Source: Lytechinus pictus
Lineage: Eukaryota
Direction: 5' to 3'
DNA: 64,000 nt
Assembly: GCF_037042905.1 (NCBI RefSeq)
Contig: NC_087256.1
Span: forward strand, 26,474,001 to 26,538,000
This document shows, piece by piece, positions 61,401 to 64,000 of this stretch; the stretch's first letter is position 1, and each line of letters begins with the position of its first letter. A program made the position numbers and the translations under genes. The notes beneath the pieces were generated by a model. That model had not been told where the DNA came from. It made no database searches and was given only the letters and a program-made list of their open reading frames with translations.

Positions 61401-63264
61401 ATAACAGTAACAGGTATCAACAGGAATTATAATTTCGGTAATAACATGGTAATAACGGTAATATTTGGTGTTACTCAAATTTCCGGGTGATATTACCGGT
61501 AATAACCGGTAAAATTGGTAATCGGTAACAAATTGCCCAGTGGGAATTACTTGAAGACCTAGATAAAGATATTAGTTGTTATCTTGCCAATGTTTTCTGA
61601 TATATTTTCAGGCAAATCAACCAAGACCCCTGCTGCTAAGAAGCCACTCAAGACTCCCAGTACTAGAGGCAGGAAGAAGGTAGTCAAAGAAGAAATTACG
61701 AGGTAATGACCTAGATTTCGGGAATATTACAAGCAGACCTTTTTTGAGAAACTTTACCAAATCTTTTGTGAGATACAACAGTTACCAAAACTAACATTAA
61801 ACAATCACTCCTCAAAGGGGAAGTTCACCCTGACAAAAAGTTTGTTGTAAAAATAGCAGAAAAAATATAAATATTGCTAAAGGTTTGAGAAAAATTCATC
61901 AAAGAATTGAAAAGTTATTAGAATTTTAATCATTTGATTTGTGACGTCATATACGGACAGCATTCCTATATAGCGAATGGTAAAAATTCAATGAAATGTC
62001 ATTTCACACTCAATCATGAATAGAAAACAAAGTCATCAGGAACCATTGAACGATTGAAATTCATGTAATTATATTACATAACACATGGGGCAGCTACTTG
62101 TTTATGACATCACAAATCCAAAACTTAAAGTTCTCATAACTTTCTTTATCTCTAACAGATTTTCCTCAAACCTTCACCAATAATTTTTAATTATTTTTTT
62201 TGCAACTTTTACCAAAAAACACTTTTCTTTTGGGGTTAACTTCCCCTTTTAAACAAATCTTCAAATATTAATACAGATTGGCAGTGCAGAGTAGTAGTCT
62301 TGCAACCTTATGGCACTGATTGCAATAAAGTCTTTAGTGGTTAATATTTGTGCAATGTTTTTGTGCATATTTTATTCTAGTGACCATGAGAATGAGAGTG
62401 ACCTGACAAGGTCAAAGGCGAATGGTCGGGTCAGGAATATGTCTAAGCTTGCTGAGTTAGTGATGTCTAGTGATGACAGCGATGCTGAGTTCCAAGGAAG
62501 AACAAGGTCGGTATCGGGGCTTTTGTTTCCTTATTATTGTTTGATTATATTTATAATCCAAGGGATATTTGACCCTATATAAGTTTCTTTTCATTTTTGT
62601 TTACTCTTTTAATTTTCATTATTTTTTTTAGAGGAGCATTATGTCTCCCCTGAAAACGTTTAAGCAAAAATCATATTTCAATTTTCTGAGGTTCTATTAT
62701 CTTTATTCGTGTCTCGAAATACTAGAATGAAACCGCAATTACCCCCCCCCCCCCCCCCCCCCCGGCTTGCATTCCTATTGGTGTTAATCCTTGCTGTACT
62801 TGTAAATTTTCCACCATGAAAATAGGGGGGCGCGGGGGCTAGGAGCCTTTTTTTTTTGTTGTCAATTTCTGGAGGAAAAAATATGGAAAATACGGTGTCA
62901 ACTCTCCTTATTATTAGTCATTTTTCTTCGTTTTATTTTATTCAAGTAAAAAATAAAGTTGGTAAAAACTTACAATAGGTGAGGTGGAATATTGTCCATA
63001 TCGTAAGCCGAAGACGATTGTACTCCAACCCCCAATCTCTGGATGGAAATAGATCTTGGAGCTGTTTTATATCATACCTATCGAAAAAAAAATATTGACT
63101 GACCTAATTGATGACCCTAATTTTATTTTCCTCCATACAGCCAACAGACAATTTTGTTTAGGCATAACTGAATGTAAATTCCCTTCTTTATTGTAACTTG
63201 CAGACATTCCAAGAGAGACCAAGTTCTAAAGGTCCTCAACTTTGCTGATGATGACAGCTGTTAA
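13385..63264 (+). CDS. NCAPG: Condensin complex subunit 3 (CAP-G), 21 coding exons, 1065 aa predicted
   Basis: GT-AG exons join in phase to 3198 nt. The peptides match CAP-G motifs I recognise: KREPAVER, AVRFRACQMINKLL, RVQAVMALARLQDP, ELRTVSAEGLAKLL, LLLLWYNP, HDNLALKLC. Confidence 0.95.
13637..14224. mobile_element. MITE, CMC/EnSpm-like (2-bp TSD AC)
   Basis: ac|ccccattccacagag ... ctctgtggaatgggg|ac; many internal ggtcttt/aaagac repeats. Confidence 0.65.
14416..14619 (+). CDS. NCAPG: NCAPG coding exon 2
   Basis: ttaag|AEDKAAFNDEFAGYLKYSMVIFKREPAVER...FLLK|gtaata. Confidence 0.93.
15261..15489 (+). CDS. NCAPG: NCAPG coding exon 3
   Basis: SHNGRDRAVRFRACQMINKLL...DCPVIK; phase-1 donor. 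Confidence 0.93.
16549..16694 (+). CDS. NCAPG: NCAPG coding exon 4
   Basis: AYLYLMEKDVNFEVRRTVLSCIAP...RKMAYQ|gtaatt. Confidence 0.93.
17577..17661 (+). CDS. NCAPG: NCAPG coding exon 5
   Basis: VLSEKVHVRSLTISQRIKVLQSGLTDHS|gtatga. Confidence 0.92.
18718..18735 (+). promoter_or_regulatory. E2F site, 4-nt spacer and CHR upstream of the transposase
   Basis: TTTCGCGC-caaa-TTTGAA, ending 18 nt before ATG 18754. Confidence 0.5.
18754..21866 (+). CDS. Harbinger (HARBI1-like) DDE transposase, 3 exons, about 346 aa
   Basis: Exons 18754-19238, 20706-20984 (GC donor AG|GCAAGT) and 21590-21866 join in frame. Motifs: ALRFYASG, AVDCTH, YVNRK, WPGSTHDS, GDSGYP, IEQVNGQLK. An alternative upstream ATG lies at 18703. 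Confidence 0.9.
19334..19568. mobile_element. Small MITE with ccatg repeats in transposase intron 1
   Basis: cttataaaaaggtaccatg ... catggtactttttataag inverted ends. Confidence 0.65.
19655..20410. repeat. Purine-rich low-complexity degenerate tandem repeat with poly-G/poly-C runs
   Basis: Duplicated blocks such as aaagaagaggaagcagaaaagaaaaggg and ggaaggaaataaagtggaagaagc. Source of many spurious ORFs. Confidence 0.8.
23263..30003 (-). CDS. Harbinger Myb/SANT-like DNA-binding protein, 5 exons, about 248 aa
   Basis: Minus-strand exons 30003-29995 (MGK), 26859-26723 (ETPRKRSKDFQRVEVEALLQFVATRKHELFG...), 26203-26079 (TWKRATHSLRAAGGQEREWHTLRKKWRDMASKAK...RT), 24449-24343 (GGGPPP...) and 23631-23263 (PQ repeat, coiled coil). 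All GT-AG and in phase. Confidence 0.85.
25036..25828. mobile_element. MITE with ~110-bp inverted ends, in a Myb-gene intron
   Basis: tagtctggtctgttagcg / cgctaacagaccggacta, plus the block gtggacaaaagcatg...ggggtatgctccaaaaa mirrored at about 25708-25790. Confidence 0.8.
27414..28900. mobile_element. hAT-type MITE, 8-bp TSD GTCTAGAC
   Basis: cactggcgtaaatcc / ggatttacgccagtg; TSD at 27406-27413 and 28901-28908. Confidence 0.88.
27841..28792. mobile_element. hAT-type MITE nested in the previous one, 8-bp TSD TGGACATA
   Basis: cagtggcgta / tacgccactg; TSD at 27833-27840 and 28793-28800; three internal cagctcgcgcttcgcgctcgcat motifs. Confidence 0.88.
28901..29760. repeat. CTAG / short-palindrome-rich low-complexity tract
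   Basis: Dense tctaga, ctag, agatct, aggcct and agtact words. Confidence 0.7.
30093..30100 (-). promoter_or_regulatory. Canonical E2F site upstream of the Myb/SANT gene
   Basis: GCGGGAAA on + is TTTCCCGC on -, about 90 nt upstream of ATG 30003. Confidence 0.45.
30446..31460. mobile_element. Inverted, decayed family-C MITE carrying two nested MITEs (about 30530-30740 and 30910-31349)
   Basis: Reverse-complement similarity to 12655-13036; inner TIRs ggggtgtttcacaaag / ctttgtgaaacacc and accagttcgtagtt / aactacgaactggc. Confidence 0.65.
31561..32883. mobile_element. piggyBac-type MITE fused to a 5'-truncated Kolobok family-B MITE
   Basis: ttaa|ccctaa left end; body is the reverse complement of 42812-43575; right end missing and joined at about 32315 to sequence matching 9421-9977. 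Confidence 0.7.
33102..34190. mobile_element. Harbinger-type MITE interrupted by a Helentron-like element
   Basis: gggccccatcttacaaagagttg...aagggggccc; related copies at 34192-34431 and 40901-41173. Confidence 0.7.
33255..34083 (+). mobile_element. Non-autonomous Helentron (HINE/DINE-1-like) with 4 x ~157-bp internal tandem repeats
   Basis: Subterminal IR tgtctcgcccac / gtgggcgagaca; (gtcc)n microsatellite; repeat periods 157, 157 and 152; inserted in a T-run with no evident TSD. Confidence 0.75.
34192..34431. mobile_element. Harbinger-type MITE
   Basis: gggccccgttgtacaaagagttacgattgatc / gatcaatcgtaattctttgtacaacggggccc; CTG flanks. Confidence 0.8.
35006..37928 (-). pseudogene. LINE ORF2 (AP endonuclease and reverse transcriptase), split by frameshifts
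   Basis: APE motifs HINTCSL, LCISET, GGGVCIY, YRPP, GDFN, IDLIL, SDH; RT motifs NYRPISV, GIPQGGVLGP, FADD, YLGV; spread over three ORF pieces. Confidence 0.92.
37995..39645 (-). pseudogene. LINE ORF1 (SGNH/GDSL esterase domain and zinc knuckles), disrupted
   Basis: VIGDSI, IPGA, LHVGTNN and DGVHLN blocks; then CYNCGELNHKQRNC and CNSCSQYGHKAKFH. Confidence 0.85.
40695..40887 (+). CDS. NCAPG: NCAPG coding exon 6
   Basis: DIVKDICSGKMLQSWLRAFDGNAIDLLKRLDVENS...; donor gtaagt. Confidence 0.92.
40901..41332. mobile_element. Two abutting Harbinger-type MITEs
   Basis: ggggcccgtcttagaaagag...gtaagacggggccc|cag then gtgggtgtttcataaag...ctttatgaaacacccac|cag. Confidence 0.75.
41620..42223. mobile_element. 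Kolobok-type MITE, family A
   Basis: ttaa|aggtcaagtccacccc ... ggggtggacttgtcct; homologous to 8437-8974. Confidence 0.8.
42812..43575. mobile_element. piggyBac-type MITE (TTAA TSD) nested in a Harbinger-type MITE
   Basis: ttaa|ccctaa...ttaggg|ttaa; host MITE spans about 42680-43620. Confidence 0.85.
43686..43829 (+). CDS. NCAPG: NCAPG coding exon 7
   Basis: LIIPIDELSCESVLYWRCLVEHVRSKGD...DYVL; phase 2/2. Confidence 0.9.
44868..44996 (+). CDS. NCAPG: NCAPG coding exon 8
   Basis: NCNEIQ...SKEFVAEHLLKMTASLDQTDEVG|gtaagc. Confidence 0.88.
46238..46451 (+). CDS. NCAPG: NCAPG coding exon 9
   Basis: KKLDSLVQDLL...IISDIRVPI...RELK|gttagc. Confidence 0.92.
46452..46520 (+). repeat. 23-bp unit x3 starting at the exon 9 donor GT
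   Basis: (gttagcctttacttatggaatca)x3, the last copy ending in ga. Confidence 0.9.
47190..47413 (+). mobile_element. SINE-like element with (tta)n tail
   Basis: ctgcactcgacccaggtg...aatgggtacccggcagga...gcgctatacaaatg followed by attattatt; inverted relatives at about 57270-57420 and 57730-57970. Confidence 0.55.
47576..47758 (+). CDS. NCAPG: NCAPG coding exon 10
   Basis: LASVRLDLTQARDALEDSVANQDF...IRTEK|gtaagc. Confidence 0.92.
48789..48896 (+). CDS. NCAPG: NCAPG coding exon 11
   Basis: SDPETLLKCLTIAAELM...FTVL|gtaagt. Confidence 0.92.
50183..50302 (+). CDS. NCAPG: NCAPG coding exon 12
   Basis: VLPGITSEDASVRNMAVKCLGLG...LLLMQ|gtaggg. Confidence 0.92.
51701..51952 (+). CDS. NCAPG: NCAPG coding exon 13
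   Basis: ISQVDQETVQVTALQAIFDIAQTYG, acidic loop, LTKLLDSE|gtatga. Confidence 0.92.
53344..53525 (+). CDS. NCAPG: NCAPG coding exon 14
   Basis: SNELRTVSAEGLAKLLLSG...WYNPTTEED...FAG; phase-2 donor gtaaga. Confidence 0.95.
54049..57080 (+). repeat. ~120-bp tandem array of the NCAPG intron 14 acceptor plus the 5' part of exon 15 (25 acceptors)
   Basis: Unit ...ttgattatcttgtttttctccatttcAG|ggtccaccaggagtgttcggaggagactttcctgctaaccctaaagacactcttcaatgttccaactatctc...; the last unit continues as the real exon. Confidence 0.95.
57003..57171 (+). CDS. NCAPG: NCAPG coding exon 15
   Basis: VHQECWEEAFLLTLKTLFNAPITSPLAEINPSNVAEFMVHLT...DIQ|gtaaac. Confidence 0.9.
57995..58165 (+). CDS. NCAPG: NCAPG coding exon 16
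   Basis: ETTVHDNLALKLCNAILKDP...MLLD|gtaagt. Confidence 0.92.
58852..59025 (+). CDS. NCAPG: NCAPG coding exon 17
   Basis: HVDEKVALRQVEKF...NDGM|gtaggt. Confidence 0.85.
59626..59734 (+). CDS. NCAPG: NCAPG coding exon 18
   Basis: tccag|MNETARS...KKTRAR; phase-1 donor gttagt. Confidence 0.8.
60309..61544. mobile_element. CMC/EnSpm-like non-autonomous element (2-bp TSD AA)
   Basis: aa|cccactgggca ... tgcccagtggg|aa; many ttacc/ggtaa subterminal repeats. Confidence 0.75.
61612..61702 (+). CDS. NCAPG: NCAPG coding exon 19
   Basis: KSTKTPAAKKPLKTPSTRGRKKVVKEEIT; phases 1/2 fit the neighbouring exons. Confidence 0.8.
61816..62248. mobile_element. Kolobok-type MITE
   Basis: aggggaagttcaccc ... 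gggttaacttcccct followed by ttaa; partial copy at about 45640. Confidence 0.65.
62381..62506 (+). CDS. NCAPG: NCAPG coding exon 20
   Basis: DHENESDL...DAEFQGRT; phase 2/2. Confidence 0.78.
63204..63264 (+). CDS. NCAPG: NCAPG terminal coding exon 21
   Basis: ttgcag|HSKRDQVLKVLNFADDDSC* (TAA 63262-63264). Confidence 0.72.
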
Positions 63265-63449
63265 ACCACCATCGCTATCAACATTCATCATATGAGGGCA
63301 ATGTGATATTTGTAATTGTTCCATTTGTAATCTCAAAAGAATCCTTGAGAGACATTTGTATTAGTCCGACCCATTTTTTTATATCACTTCATGAACTGTT
63401 CAAGCTGTAATAATTAAAGACCATTACAACCTTTCATATGAATTAGATG

Positions 63450-63640
63450 GGAGGCGCGATGGCTCAGTCGGATTCTGGTGACCTGGGCTCGATTCCCACC
63501 TGGTGCAATTGTGCCCTGTAGTAAGGCATTCATCCTCATTTCCAGGTCCCTCGGAGAGGACCTTAAGCCATCGGTCTTCTGGTTGCTTGCTTACAGGCAT
63601 TCATGCTTTCCTAGCAATCCGGTAAAAAGTCACTACCATT
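63450..63640 (+). mobile_element. tRNA-derived SINE downstream of the NCAPG stop
   Basis: A-box tggctcagtcgg and B-box ggctcgattcc; no cloverleaf; continues into a SINE-like body. Confidence 0.6.
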
Positions 63641-64000
63641 TACCATAATAGACAAATTATTTCAGAAAAAAAATGCTTTATCATATGCAGGGTCACGTGT
63701 ATATGATTTATGAAGTTTATCCAGGGGAGTTTCCACAAAGAGGTAAGAGTGACGTAAATTACTCTCGAATGTTAAGTTTCATGCAGAATAGAACACCTCT
63801 TTACTTTAGTGAGATCATGCCCTAGTGAACACTTGATACAGTTCAGTCATCACAGGTTATGTGTTGAATACCATTTGATCATTGGCACTTGCGCGCGATA
63901 TGAAGTCACTCTTAAATCTTTGTGAAATACCCCCTGAAATTGAATCTTGATTGGTTAAGATAGTGTTTTTCCATGCACAGTTAGTTTTACATTCATAAGT

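Noticed and set aside
63450-63520. tRNA gene (also the B-box at about 42463)
   Set aside because: A/B boxes only, with no cloverleaf; better explained as SINE heads.

Overview
Eukaryotic, AT-rich genomic window with spliceosomal introns and many MITEs. The repeat content suggests a marine invertebrate, probably a sea urchin (inference only). (1) 1-6 kb: the decayed 3' part of a C2H2 zinc-finger array, including about 26 near-identical 84-bp finger units that have lost zinc ligands. (2) About 10.5-63.3 kb, + strand: a complete NCAPG (condensin I CAP-G) gene. I reconstructed 21 coding exons that join in phase to 1065 aa, plus a probable non-coding first exon behind a CDE/CHR-like promoter. (3) The 23-kb intron after coding exon 5 holds an apparently intact 11.8-kb PIF/Harbinger transposon (3-exon DDE transposase on +, 5-exon Myb/SANT partner on -, TIRs, CAG TSD, an E2F site in front of each gene). 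The same intron holds a decayed full-length LINE (SGNH-esterase plus CCHC ORF1, APE-RT ORF2), a Helentron/HINE-like element and deeply nested MITEs. (4) The most unusual structure is a ~3-kb array of ~120-bp units upstream of coding exon 15, each made of the 3' splice site plus the start of the exon. This gives 24 duplicate acceptors ahead of the real one. Older copies of an acceptor precede exon 13 and the exon 9 donor is triplicated. All coordinates were read by eye.
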